From Myxococcota bacterium (GTDB lineage Bacteria; Myxococcota_A; UBA796; UBA2385), in the NCBI GenBank assembly GCA_044344255.1, contig JBIJDH010000014.1, forward strand, positions 1 to 64,000: DNA of 64,000 bases. Reading direction: 5' to 3'. A model generated the notes under the pieces. It was not told the DNA's origin. It worked only from the letters and a program-made list of their open reading frames with translations, and made no database searches. Of this stretch, positions 37,817 through 47,290 are shown piece by piece. The position numbers were made by a program, and so were the translations under genes. Each line of letters opens with the position of its first letter. Position 1 is the first letter of the stretch.

Positions 37817-38027
37817 CCAGGGCGCTCTGGTGTTGGAGGGTGAGGAGGAGGTGCCGGAAGCCGATGATCAGCCCGGCCAGGGAGAGCGTGATGATGAAGA
37901 CGGGGGAGGAGCCGAGCTGACCGTCCGCCCAAGTCCCCGCGAGCACACCGAGGGTGACCAGGATCGCCACCTCGAACACACCAGCGGTGACCCGACCGAG
38001 GACCCGCATCAGCTCGGGATCAAACAT
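37785..38027 (-). CDS. atpZ: AtpZ/AtpI family protein
   Basis: G...G.WAD..LG..P two-TM pattern at the head of the atp operon. Confidence 0.75.
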   Translation of the reverse strand: MFDPELMRVLGRVTAGVFEVAILVTLGVLAGTWADGQLGSSPVFIITLSLAGLIIGFRHLLLTLQHQSALDDREPPKPRD

Positions 38028-38165
38028 CCCGGTGACCTAAGTCGTTGGCGGTGCGCTGGAGAGGAAGAGGGGCGGTGGGTCGATCCGTGCCGGGGGCGAC
38101 GGGTCGTTCAGAGAGGGCCGGCCGTCTATTCCGGGCGCCGTCGGGCGTCCAGGGCCCGCCGCGGT

Positions 38166-39437
38166 TCAACCGGCCGCCAGGGCCCGTCGGAGCCCCGCGA
38201 TCACCGCTTCGAGCTCGTCGTCCGAGAGGGAGGCGGGCAGGAAGGCGGCCTCGTACTGCGCCGGCGGGAGGTAGACCCCCTCCTCGAGACAACGCCGATG
38301 GAAACGACCGAAAGCCGGGAAGTCAGCCTCCCGGACCTCCGTGAAATTGCGCGGGGCGGTCGCCCGGTAAAAGATCGTGAACATCGAGCCGACCCGCGTA
38401 AAGGAGAGGCCCTTCTCCGCGATCATCGAAGCGAGGCCGGCCTCGAGGCGGGCCCCCAAGGCCTCCAGGCGATCGTAGACCGCCGGCACCAGCTTGCGCA
38501 GCATCGCCCGCCCCGCCGCCACCGCGACCGGGTTCCCCGAGAGCGTGCCGGCCTGATAGACCGGCCCGGCAGGGCTCAGGCGGCTCATGATCTCGCGGCG
38601 ACCGCCGAAGGCCGCCAGCGGCATACCGCCGCCCGCGATCTTGCCGAGGGTGACGAGGTCGGGGTCGAGGCCGTACCGCTCGACCGCGCCGCCCCGGGCG
38701 AGGCGGAAGCCGGTCATCACCTCATCGATGATCAGCAAGGCGCCGTGCGCCTTACAGAGGGCCTGCAGGCCGCGGAGGTACCCCTCTTCGGGGGGGATGC
38801 AGCCCATGTTGCCGGGCACGGGCTCCGTGATCACCGCGGCGACGGGGTGGGCCACGAGGTGCCGTTCGATCGCGGCGAGATCGTTGAAGGGCGCGGTGAG
38901 GGTGAGCGCGGCGACGGCGTCGGGGATGCCCGGGGATCCCGGCCGGGCGAAGGTGGCCACCCCCGAGCCCGCCGCGACGAGCATGGCGTCATGCGACCCA
39001 TGAAAGTTGCCGTCGATCTTCACGATGAGGTCACGGCCGGTGAAGCCGCGGGCGAGGCGCACCGCGTGCATCGTCGCTTCGGTGCCCGACGAGCAGAGCC
39101 GCACCATCTCGAGGGCGGGGTGCGCCGCGCAGAGCTCTTCGGCGAAGAGGATCTCGGCCTCGGTGGGGGCGCCGAAGCTCGTGCCGCGCAGCGCGGCGGC
39201 GGTGATCGCGCCCACGACCTCCGGATCCGCGTGACCGAAGAGCAGGGGCCCCCAGGAGCCCACGAGGTCGATGTAGCGGTTGCCATCGACGTCAACGAGG
39301 GTGTTCCCCTCCCCGTGCGAGATGAAGATCGGGTCTCCGCCGACGGCGGCGAAGGCCCGTACGGGGGAGTTCACCCCGCCCGGGATGCGGCCTTGGGCGA
39401 GGGCAAAGAGCTGCTGGGAACGTTCGGTGCGGAGCAT
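38166..39437 (-). CDS. hemL: glutamate-1-semialdehyde 2,1-aminomutase
   Basis: IPGGVNSPVRAF, SWGPL, DEVMTGFR, LGKIAGGG, YQAGTLSGNP. Confidence 0.97.
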   Translation of the reverse strand: MLRTERSQQLFALAQGRIPGGVNSPVRAFAAVGGDPIFISHGEGNTLVDVDGNRYIDLVGSWGPLLFGHADPEVVGAITAAALRGTSFGAPTEAEILFAEELCAAHPALEMVRLCSSGTEATMHAVRLARGFTGRDLIVKIDGNFHGSHDAMLVAAGSGVATFARPGSPGIPDAVAALTLTAPFNDLAAIERHLVAHPVAAVITEPVPGNMGCIPPEEGYLRGLQALCKAHGALLIIDEVMTGFRLARGGAVERYGLDPDLVTLGKIAGGGMPLAAFGGRREIMSRLSPAGPVYQAGTLSGNPVAVAAGRAMLRKLVPAVYDRLEALGARLEAGLASMIAEKGLSFTRVGSMFTIFYRATAPRNFTEVREADFPAFGRFHRRCLEEGVYLPPAQYEAAFLPASLSDDELEAVIAGLRRALAAG

Positions 39438-39568
39438 GCGACCTCCAGGGAGGCGCCCTTAACGCCCCGAGGCGGCCTCGGGCCTTGGCCAGCCTCCGGG
39501 GCCTCCACGCCTCGCCTTGTGTCTGAGCATGCTCGGCGATAACCGAGCCCACAAACCCGAGAGCACCC

Positions 39569-40813
39569 ATGGCCAAGCCCCCTCGTTCCGACACCCGCCC
39601 CCGACTCGCGACGCTCGGGCTCACCTTGCTGGCGGCGGTCGCAGGGCTCTTCCCCGCGGCGTTGGCGGGCCAGGACTCGGGGAGCTGCACCGAGGCGATG
39701 GTCAAGGAGTGTAAGGACGACCCCTGCGACGCCCGCTGCCTGCCCTGCCGTGGCGATCCTCGCGTGCAGCAGTGCGCTCTCGGCAACACAGGCGCCGGCG
39801 TCACCGGCGGCTCGCTCTTCTGCCGGGAGCAGCCCGCAGACCCGCTCTGCCGGCCAGCGGTCGGGCCCTCAGGGGGCATCCTGCCCGAGCCCACCGCAGA
39901 GGGCGGCCCCGACGGTGAGGGCATCAAGCTGCTGGCCCTCAGCTCCCTCTCCGGCCTCCGATCCGCCGTCCTCGAGCTCTCCTTCGCCGGCCGCCAGATC
40001 CCCGGGCGCATCCTCGGCACGCCGCGGAGCTCGGGCACCGTCGATCTCGGTCAGCCCTCCTATTTCATGGGCACCTCTGACATCAACGGAGACGGCCTCC
40101 CCGACCTCCTCGCCGGCCCCATCCACTTCGAGGGCCTCGACGCCTTGCGGGTTGACCTGAAGGTCGCCCTGCGCGGCCCGGACGGCTTCGTCGAGGGGCC
40201 CCTGGTCCTCTCTTTCGGGGCCCACCGCCAGGCCTGGGGCTCCGCCGCGGCCCCCGTCGAGGCCTGGCAGGTCGATCTGCTCATCCTCCGCGGTGAGGAA
40301 GGTCGGGTGCTCTTCCAGACCGGAAACCTGCCGGTCTCCCTGGGCTTCAGCTGGCCCGGGGTCGAATACCTCTCCGTGCTGACCCGGCAGGAGAGCGAGC
40401 TCGTCCTCGCCGAGAGCCTGATCTGGCGCCGCCGCGAGATCTACGGCACCGCCCTCGCCTCGGCCTCCCTCGGCAAGGACAGCAGCCAAGGCAACCTGAC
40501 TTGGTCGAACATCACCGCCGAGGGCATCCGGAGCTCCGGCGCCGTCGACGTCACCGCCAGCGCCAAGACCCTCCGGCGAGCCGAGCAGCTCTTCACCGGC
40601 CGGTCCGGCACCATGGGCCAGATGGCCGACGTGCTCCTGCTGGTAGACGGCAAAGACCGCCAGATGACCGTCGTGCGCCCCGACAAGAAGGGCCGCCTCA
40701 AGCCGAAGCGGATGGACGCCATCAAGCCCGACCTCTCCTGGACCGGCTTCGACGGCTCGACCCTGCTCGACCGGGTCGTCTGGGACGCCATCGCCGACGC
40801 CATCCCCCGCTGA
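39569..40813 (+). CDS. secreted hypothetical protein with Cys-rich N-terminus
   Basis: Signal peptide, 8 Cys, one DINGDG motif. Confidence 0.65.
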   Translation: MAKPPRSDTRPRLATLGLTLLAAVAGLFPAALAGQDSGSCTEAMVKECKDDPCDARCLPCRGDPRVQQCALGNTGAGVTGGSLFCREQPADPLCRPAVGPSGGILPEPTAEGGPDGEGIKLLALSSLSGLRSAVLELSFAGRQIPGRILGTPRSSGTVDLGQPSYFMGTSDINGDGLPDLLAGPIHFEGLDALRVDLKVALRGPDGFVEGPLVLSFGAHRQAWGSAAAPVEAWQVDLLILRGEEGRVLFQTGNLPVSLGFSWPGVEYLSVLTRQESELVLAESLIWRRREIYGTALASASLGKDSSQGNLTWSNITAEGIRSSGAVDVTASAKTLRRAEQLFTGRSGTMGQMADVLLLVDGKDRQMTVVRPDKKGRLKPKRMDAIKPDLSWTGFDGSTLLDRVVWDAIADAIPR

Positions 40814-40879
40814 GCGCGACCGCGAGCCACCACCAGGGGCGAAATCACACCCCCGGTGGGCCGCCTCGCCCGCCACCGT

Positions 40880-41197
40880 TCAGGCGCAGTCGCGACAGCT
40901 GTGCGTCGTGGGCAGCGCCGCGAGGCGCGCGGCGTCGATCTCCTCGCCACAGCTCGAACACCGGCCGTAGATACCGGCCTCCGCTCGCTGCAGCGCGGTC
41001 TCGAGCTCCCGGATCTCCGCCCGGTACCGCTCGTCGATGTGGTCCATCACCTCTTCATTCCCGAGGGCCTGGGCCTGATCCTGGGAGTCAGCGGGGAGCT
41101 CGAGGCGCATCCGGTGACCGTCAACCCTCCCCTGGCGGGCCTGGAGCTCTTGGAGCCGGCCGCGGAGCGAAGAGACGAGGGTTTCAGAGCTGGACAT
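40880..41197 (-). CDS. TraR/DksA C4 zinc-finger protein
   Basis: DSQDQA (DxxDxA); YGRCSSCGEEI...RL.ALP....CRDCA. Confidence 0.9.
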   Translation of the reverse strand: MSSSETLVSSLRGRLQELQARQGRVDGHRMRLELPADSQDQAQALGNEEVMDHIDERYRAEIRELETALQRAEAGIYGRCSSCGEEIDAARLAALPTTHSCRDCA

Positions 41198-41415
41198 GCG
41201 GACCTCCCGGGGGATCGAAGGACCCCTCAGACGGAGAGACGCGAAGCATGATCCGTGCCAATATGATCCCTGCCAATCCCGACCCCCATCCGACCGCGGC
41301 GGTTCAGGGGCCGGAGCGTCGCGGCGGCGAGCACGGTCCGCGCTCCATCCCGATGCGGTAGAGTCGGCTGCTCCCGCTCCGCCGCGAGGCCACCCCGAGG
41401 ATCGAGCTCCCCACC

Positions 41416-43017
41416 ATGCCCTCCTTGCGCTTCTTCCGTGGCCCCGACCTCCTCATCGAGTACCGCCTGCGCGCCGGTCGCACGACCGTCGGCCGCGCCG
41501 ACACCTGCGACGTCTCCCTGCCCGGGGAGACCATCAGCCGAACACACTGCATCATCGAAGGGCGAAACGATCGATGGGAGCTCATCGATCGCAGCCGTCA
41601 CGGTGTGCTGGTCGATGGGGTGCGCGTCGCGGAGCGGGCGGTCCTCCGTGACGGCGCTCGCCTCACGGTGAGCCCCTACGAGGTCGAGGTCAGCCTCGTC
41701 AACACCGAGCCCGCGCCCACGGCCCCCCAAGGCGCTGACCAGGGGCACGAGATCCTGCTCTCCACCGACGAGCTGGGGGTGCAGGTCGAGCGCGCCGTGC
41801 TGGTGGTCGTCTCCGGCGATCGGCCGGGCAGACGGGTGGTGCTGCGCCACGCTCGGATGGGCATCGGCGCCGCCCCGAGCGCGGTCGACGTCGAGTCTAC
41901 CGGCGTCCTGGTCGACCACTGCTTCCTCCGGGTGGCCCGAGGGCGCGTGATGATCGAGCCGGGCCGCGGTGCCACGTTCATCGACGGGCAACGCATCCGC
42001 GACATCACCCCTCTACACGCTGAAGAGGAGTTTCGAATCGGTGAGGTGGTGTTGCGGGTGGAGCGCGGCGTGGAAGAGGAGGCGCCGCAAGCCAACCGCT
42101 TCGGCGACATGGTGGCCGAGAGCCGCTCGATGCGACAGCTCTTCGGCACCCTGCGTCGGGTCGCGGGCCACCACTACACCGTGCTCGTTGTGGGCGAGAG
42201 CGGCACCGGCAAAGAGCTCGTCTCCCGCGGCATCCACGAGGCCTCGCCCCGCGCGGAGCGTCCCTTCGTGGCCATCAACTGTGGAGCGATCTCCGAGGGA
42301 CTGTTCGAGAGCGAGCTCTTCGGACACGTAAAAGGGTCCTTCACGGGGGCCGACCGACAGAAGGACGGCGCCTTTCAGGAGGCGGACGGCGGCACCCTCT
42401 TCCTCGACGAGATCGGTGAGCTGCCCGAGAACGCCCAGACCAAGCTCCTGCGCTGCCTCGAGACCGGGGAGGTGCGGAGGGTGGGCGCCTCCGAGGTCCA
42501 CCACCCCGACGTGCGCGTGGTGGCCGCCACCAACCGCGATCTGGCCCACGATGTGGCCCGCGGGGTCTTCCGGCAGGATCTGTACTTCCGCCTCTCCGTC
42601 CTCACCGTCACCATCCCGCCCCTGCGCGACCGGCTCGTCGATCTCGAGGTCCTCTGCAAGACGCTCTGCCGACAGCTCGACGCCGAGGCCCATGTCACCC
42701 GCGACGCGATGGAGGTGCTCCGTCAACATGAATGGCCGGGCAACATCCGCGAGCTCCGCAACGTCCTGACCCGCGCCTACGTGCTGAAGGGGCCCCGCAT
42801 CGACGTCGACAGCCTCACCTTCCACCAGATGTCGGGCCCTGAGCGGCCCACGCAGCAGGGGGCGAACCGCGCATCGCTCGAAGACGCCGAGCGCAGCTAC
42901 CTCGTGGGCGTACTGCGTCGCCACGGTGAGAACCGCTCCAGCGCCGCGCGCGAGCTCGGCATCGCGCGCAGCACCCTCCACTACAAGATGCGCAAGCACG
43001 GGCTCATGGACCGATGA
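41416..43017 (+). CDS. double-FHA sigma54-dependent transcriptional activator
   Basis: FHA (VGR..SRTH..SRHG); GESGTGKE, ELFGHVKGSFTGA, GTLFLDEIGE, WPGNIREL; Fis HTH. Confidence 0.95.
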   Translation: MPSLRFFRGPDLLIEYRLRAGRTTVGRADTCDVSLPGETISRTHCIIEGRNDRWELIDRSRHGVLVDGVRVAERAVLRDGARLTVSPYEVEVSLVNTEPAPTAPQGADQGHEILLSTDELGVQVERAVLVVVSGDRPGRRVVLRHARMGIGAAPSAVDVESTGVLVDHCFLRVARGRVMIEPGRGATFIDGQRIRDITPLHAEEEFRIGEVVLRVERGVEEEAPQANRFGDMVAESRSMRQLFGTLRRVAGHHYTVLVVGESGTGKELVSRGIHEASPRAERPFVAINCGAISEGLFESELFGHVKGSFTGADRQKDGAFQEADGGTLFLDEIGELPENAQTKLLRCLETGEVRRVGASEVHHPDVRVVAATNRDLAHDVARGVFRQDLYFRLSVLTVTIPPLRDRLVDLEVLCKTLCRQLDAEAHVTRDAMEVLRQHEWPGNIRELRNVLTRAYVLKGPRIDVDSLTFHQMSGPERPTQQGANRASLEDAERSYLVGVLRRHGENRSSAARELGIARSTLHYKMRKHGLMDR

Positions 43018-43574
43018 GCGGAGAGGGCGACCGCACGGAGCCCGGCGCGGTCGACGAGGTAGAGCGCCGACTCGGCCCGGACGAGGCCGGCCGGGGCCTG
43101 CTTGACGCCTGGACCCACAGCGGCTGGACCGGCGAGGCCACGGGGCCGCTGGGAGAGTCCGGCGCCGACGGGGAGCGCAGCCGGATCGCCGCGCTGGCCC
43201 GCCTCGCCGCCGGCCTCGACCGCCAGGCCGCTCCCGGCCGCTTCGCCGCCGCCGAGGGGCGCCCGAGCGAGGCCGTGAAGCGGCTGATCGCCGAAGAGCC
43301 GCTCGAGCTCTTGCCCGGTGTCGACGCGCTCCTCCCGCTGCCCCGCCCCGCCCGTCTCCCCGGCGTTGATCGCCCCACGGAGCGGCCCTCCGACCTCGGC
43401 CCCGAGCCCACCGAGGTCGGGGAGGACACCGATCTCCACGCGCGGATCGATCCCACAGCCGCCGTCAGTACAGCCCGATCACCCGGCGGTGCCTGGCTGC
43501 TCGCCCTCACCATCGTCGTCCTGCTCGCGCTGGCCGCCTCCCTGGCGCTGCTGCTGCTCCACTTCAAGCCCTGA
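43014..43574 (+). CDS. hypothetical protein with C-terminal TM helix
   Basis: ATGA overlap with the activator; hydrophobic C-terminus. Confidence 0.6.
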   Translation: MSGEGDRTEPGAVDEVERRLGPDEAGRGLLDAWTHSGWTGEATGPLGESGADGERSRIAALARLAAGLDRQAAPGRFAAAEGRPSEAVKRLIAEEPLELLPGVDALLPLPRPARLPGVDRPTERPSDLGPEPTEVGEDTDLHARIDPTAAVSTARSPGGAWLLALTIVVLLALAASLALLLLHFKP

Positions 43575-43729
43575 CAAAAGGCACACAGGCGGAGTCACGT
43601 GTTTGTCATGTCCGCGATAGGAGCCCTTCCCGGCAGAGATCCGGCGCGTGCGGGCGCCGATCTGCGCTGGGCAGCATTGCCTACGAAGGCCGCCAAGGAC
43701 TAGAATAGGCCCCGCAACACCGGAAGCGT

Positions 43730-45232
43730 ATGGCCCCTCAATCCCAACGGCCGGCTCCTTTCCCTCCAGGCACCAACCTCTCCGAGCACTACCTCGTAGA
43801 AGGTCTGGTTCGCCTTTCGGAAGGGAGGATGTTCTACCTCGCGAACGACGATCGGCCGGACCGACCGCGGCGCTTCTGCTGGGAGTGCGGGAGCGACGAG
43901 ACGCCGCGCGCCGACAGCAAGTGTCAGAGCTGCGGGGCCGATCTCGCGCCGCGGCGCTTCCTCGTCTCGGTGCGCTGGGACGCCGCCGGCTTCAAGCCTT
44001 TCACCGAGTTCTTCGAGAAGCGCCTCGAGCACAAGGGGGTGCTGTTCCCGGTAGACATGTTCTTCCAGGACAATGTCCTCTGCTCGGTCACCCCGTGGAC
44101 GGGTGAGGGCCTCCTCCTCGATGAGGGCTCTCCGCTGGCCCCCGAACGGGTGGTCGATCTCGCCCAACGCGGCGCGGGGATGCTCGCCTTCCTGCACCAC
44201 AACGGCGTGACGCTCAACCGCCTCACGCGGGCGAACTTCCTCGTCCGCAACGGCACGGAGCTCCTGCTCTTTGACCTCGACATCCAAAAGGTCACCGAGG
44301 GGCCCGCGCCCGAGGCCGCCCGCTCTCGGGAGGTCGCTTGGCTCGGCGCCGTGCTGCGCCGCTTCACCCCCGCCTCCGCGACCGACCTCCAGGAGGTCTT
44401 CTCGCAGGCCGAGGAGGGGACCTTCTCCTCGCCCTTGGAGTTCGGGCGGGCCCTCGAGGCGCTCTTCGAGCGAGATCACGGCCTCGGGAACCCCGAGGTC
44501 GGCGCGATGAGCGACGTCGGCCTCTGCCGCGTCCTCAATGAGGACAACTGGGGCTGGATCCACCTCCGCGACGACATCCAGCTCCACGTCGTCGCCGACG
44601 GCATGGGCGGCCACGAGGCCGGTGAGGTGGCGAGCGAGATGGCGGTCGAGACGATCTGCCGCGAGGCCCAGGGCCGGCTCACCCGCCTCACCCACGTCAC
44701 CCCGCACAGCCTGGAGAACGTGCTCGAAGAGTCGTTCCGCCAGGCCAACAACGGCATCAAGGACCACTCGGAGCGGATGGGCAGCGACATGGGCACCACC
44801 ATGGTCGCGACCCTCCTCGCCGGCCCGCGCCTCGCCTATGTGGCGAACGTCGGTGACTCTCGCGGCTACCTGATGCGCGAAGGGGTGCTCCACCAGGTCA
44901 CCCGCGACCACAGCCTCGTGGCCCGCATGGTGGAGCAGAACCGGATCACGCGGGAGGAGGCTCGCAACCACCCGCACAGCAACATCCTGCTGCGCACCGT
45001 GGGCACCGAGCGCGACGTCGACATCGACATCTTCAGCGTCGAGCTCGAGAAGAACGACCGCCTGCTCATGTGCTCCGACGGGCTCTGGGGCGAGGTGGAC
45101 GACGAAGACATCGAGGCGATCCTCAACCACTATGAGGATCCGCGGGTCGCCTGTCGCGAGCTCATCCGCGCCGCCCACCACGGCGGCGGGCGCGACAACA
45201 TCACGGTGATCATCCTCAACATCGCGCACTGA
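43730..45232 (+). CDS. pseudokinase / zinc ribbon fused to a PP2C (Stp1-like) phosphatase
   Basis: CWEC..CQSC; degenerate kinase; SDVG..R..NED, VADGMGGH, GTT, NVGDSR, CSDGL, GGRDNIT. Confidence 0.9.
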   Translation: MAPQSQRPAPFPPGTNLSEHYLVEGLVRLSEGRMFYLANDDRPDRPRRFCWECGSDETPRADSKCQSCGADLAPRRFLVSVRWDAAGFKPFTEFFEKRLEHKGVLFPVDMFFQDNVLCSVTPWTGEGLLLDEGSPLAPERVVDLAQRGAGMLAFLHHNGVTLNRLTRANFLVRNGTELLLFDLDIQKVTEGPAPEAARSREVAWLGAVLRRFTPASATDLQEVFSQAEEGTFSSPLEFGRALEALFERDHGLGNPEVGAMSDVGLCRVLNEDNWGWIHLRDDIQLHVVADGMGGHEAGEVASEMAVETICREAQGRLTRLTHVTPHSLENVLEESFRQANNGIKDHSERMGSDMGTTMVATLLAGPRLAYVANVGDSRGYLMREGVLHQVTRDHSLVARMVEQNRITREEARNHPHSNILLRTVGTERDVDIDIFSVELEKNDRLLMCSDGLWGEVDDEDIEAILNHYEDPRVACRELIRAAHHGGGRDNITVIILNIAH

Positions 45233-45331
45233 GCGACGCACGGAGCGACGCTCCAGCGAGGCCCTGTGCGACGCTCGAGCGACGCGCCACACCGGCCCGA
45301 TGTGGCGCCGAAGCGCCCGCGCCGCCTGCCT

Positions 45332-45898
45332 TCAGCGGCCGATCATCGCGGCGACCTCGGCGTCGAGCTCGGCCTCGACGGCGGAGGGATCGGGCCGACC
45401 GATCGCGAAGATGTTGCCCTTTCTGTCGATCAGCACCGTGAGCGGGACGCCGGGGATGCCGTAGCGGGAGGCCACCACCCCGTGGGAGTCGTGCAGGATG
45501 GGGAAGGAGAGCCTCTGCTCTTCGATCCACGTGGCCAGCGGCCCGAGCTCTCCGCCCTCGGTACACACGCCGAGCACCACCACGCCGCGCCCTCCGTAGC
45601 GCTTCTGGATGCGAGACAGGGCGGCGAGCTCAGCCCCGCCCTGCTGCCGGCTGAAGAAGTACAGCACGACGCCGGCGTGATCTCGGCCGTCGAGGTCAGC
45701 GAGGGAGACCCGGGCGCGCCCGACCACCGAGATCGCCGCGTCCTCGTTGATGGCCGGCAGGCTGAACTGGAGCGCGGGCGCCCCCACCCCGACGCTCATC
45801 GGCTGCCCAGCGGCCTCGGCAGCGGGGCTGAGGCCCGGGAGGACCCCGAAGGACAGCGCCAGGAGGGACATCAGGGCGACCGAGCGGGGGTTGCACAT
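45332..45898 (-). CDS. TlpA/AhpC-TSA-like thioredoxin-fold protein lacking CxxC
   Basis: VG..A..FSLP, VSLADL, VVLYFF, FPILHD...VA.RYG..GVP.TVLID..G; start uncertain. Confidence 0.8.
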   Translation of the reverse strand: MCNPRSVALMSLLALSFGVLPGLSPAAEAAGQPMSVGVGAPALQFSLPAINEDAAISVVGRARVSLADLDGRDHAGVVLYFFSRQQGGAELAALSRIQKRYGGRGVVVLGVCTEGGELGPLATWIEEQRLSFPILHDSHGVVASRYGIPGVPLTVLIDRKGNIFAIGRPDPSAVEAELDAEVAAMIGR

Positions 45899-45978
45899 CT
45901 CACGGCTCCAAGGCGAACAGGCATGGGCAGGTGGGGCGGGCGGCTCCATCCGCGCACGTCGTATTATGAGGGCAGTGC

Positions 45979-47271
45979 ATGCAGATCAAGTCAGAAGGCG
46001 CGCCCACTCGACCCGGCAGCGAGGCGGCCGAGCCCCCGCTGCCGCTGCCGCTGCCGCTGCCGCTAGCGCTGCCGCTGTGCACGCGGGCTTTGGCGAAGGC
46101 TGTGGCGGACGCAGGCGGCCGACTGTGGCTCGTGGGCGGCTTCGTCCGCGACCGCCTGCTCGGGCGCCCCTCGAAGGACATCGACCTCGAGGTGCACGGC
46201 GTGGAGGCCGCCGCCCTGGAGCCCCTGCTGCGCCGCCTCGGTCGGGTCGTCGCCGTCGGCAAGAGCTTCGGCGTCTACAAGCTCCACGCCGACGGGCAGG
46301 AGCTCGACGTCGCCCTGCCCCGCGGTGACAGCGTCGGGGGCCTGTTCGGCGAGGTGCGGCACGACCCCGGGCTGGGCATCGAGGCGGCCGCCCGACGGCG
46401 GGACCTCAGCGTCAACGCGATGGCCCTGGATCCGCTCACCGGCGAGCTCGCCGACCCCTGCGGCGGGCTCCCCGATCTGCGGGCCGGTCGCCTCCGCGCC
46501 GCCGACCCTGCCCGCTTCGGCGACGATCCCCTGCGCGTCCTCCGCGCCTGCCGCTTCGCCGCTCAGCTCGGCTTCCACCTGGACCCCGCCCTGCAGGCCC
46601 TTGGGCGAACCCTCCCCATCGAGGCCCTGCCCCCCGAGCGGGTGGTGGGAGAGCTCGAGAAGCTGCTGCTGGCGCCGTTCCCCGCGCTCGGCTGGGCGGC
46701 GGGCCGCGCGATGGAGGTTTGGTCCCGGGTTCTGCCCGAGCGGGGAGAGTCGGCGGACGACGGCGCCTGGGAGCGCCTCCCGGCCCTCCGCGACCGCTGC
46801 GGGCCGCCCCCTCGGCCCCTCGCCCTCGGCTGGGCCGTCGCCCTCCGGGACAGCTCCCCGCTCGCCGCTCAGGCGCTCCTCGATCGGCTGAGGGTCCGCC
46901 TCCGAGACGGCTACCCCCTCCGCGATCAGGTCCTGACCGCGCTCCGATGCTGGTCCGCCCTCGACGACTCCGACCCGGGGCTCCGACGCCTCGCCGACCA
47001 GGGAGAGGTGGCCCTCATCACCACCGTCGGGCTCGCGATCAGCGGTGAGCCCCGCTTCGGAGGCGCCCTCGATCGTGCCGAGGCCCTCGGCCTGAGCCTG
47101 CTCCCTTTGCCACCGCTGCTCTACGGTCGCGACCTCGCGGCGCTCGGCGTGCCCGCGGGGCGCGGGATGGGCGAGCTCCTCTCCTCCCTCCGCGCCGCGC
47201 AGCTCGAGGGCCAGGTGTCCACGCCGGAGGAGGCGCGGGGCCTGCTCCGTCGGCTATGGTCCCCCGGCTGA
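45979..47271 (+). CDS. class II tRNA nucleotidyltransferase (CCA/CC/A-adding family)
   Basis: VGGFVRD.LLG...KDIDLEV, RRDLSVNAMA, DDPLRVLRA.RF, ERV..EL. Confidence 0.9.
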   Translation: MQIKSEGAPTRPGSEAAEPPLPLPLPLPLALPLCTRALAKAVADAGGRLWLVGGFVRDRLLGRPSKDIDLEVHGVEAAALEPLLRRLGRVVAVGKSFGVYKLHADGQELDVALPRGDSVGGLFGEVRHDPGLGIEAAARRRDLSVNAMALDPLTGELADPCGGLPDLRAGRLRAADPARFGDDPLRVLRACRFAAQLGFHLDPALQALGRTLPIEALPPERVVGELEKLLLAPFPALGWAAGRAMEVWSRVLPERGESADDGAWERLPALRDRCGPPPRPLALGWAVALRDSSPLAAQALLDRLRVRLRDGYPLRDQVLTALRCWSALDDSDPGLRRLADQGEVALITTVGLAISGEPRFGGALDRAEALGLSLLPLPPLLYGRDLAALGVPAGRGMGELLSSLRAAQLEGQVSTPEEARGLLRRLWSPG

Positions 47272-47290
47272 AGGAGGCTCCCCCGTGAGG

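Noticed and set aside
36678..39542. 954-aa plus-strand ORF
   Set aside because: Antisense to atpB/atpI/atpZ/hemL, which have clear family motifs
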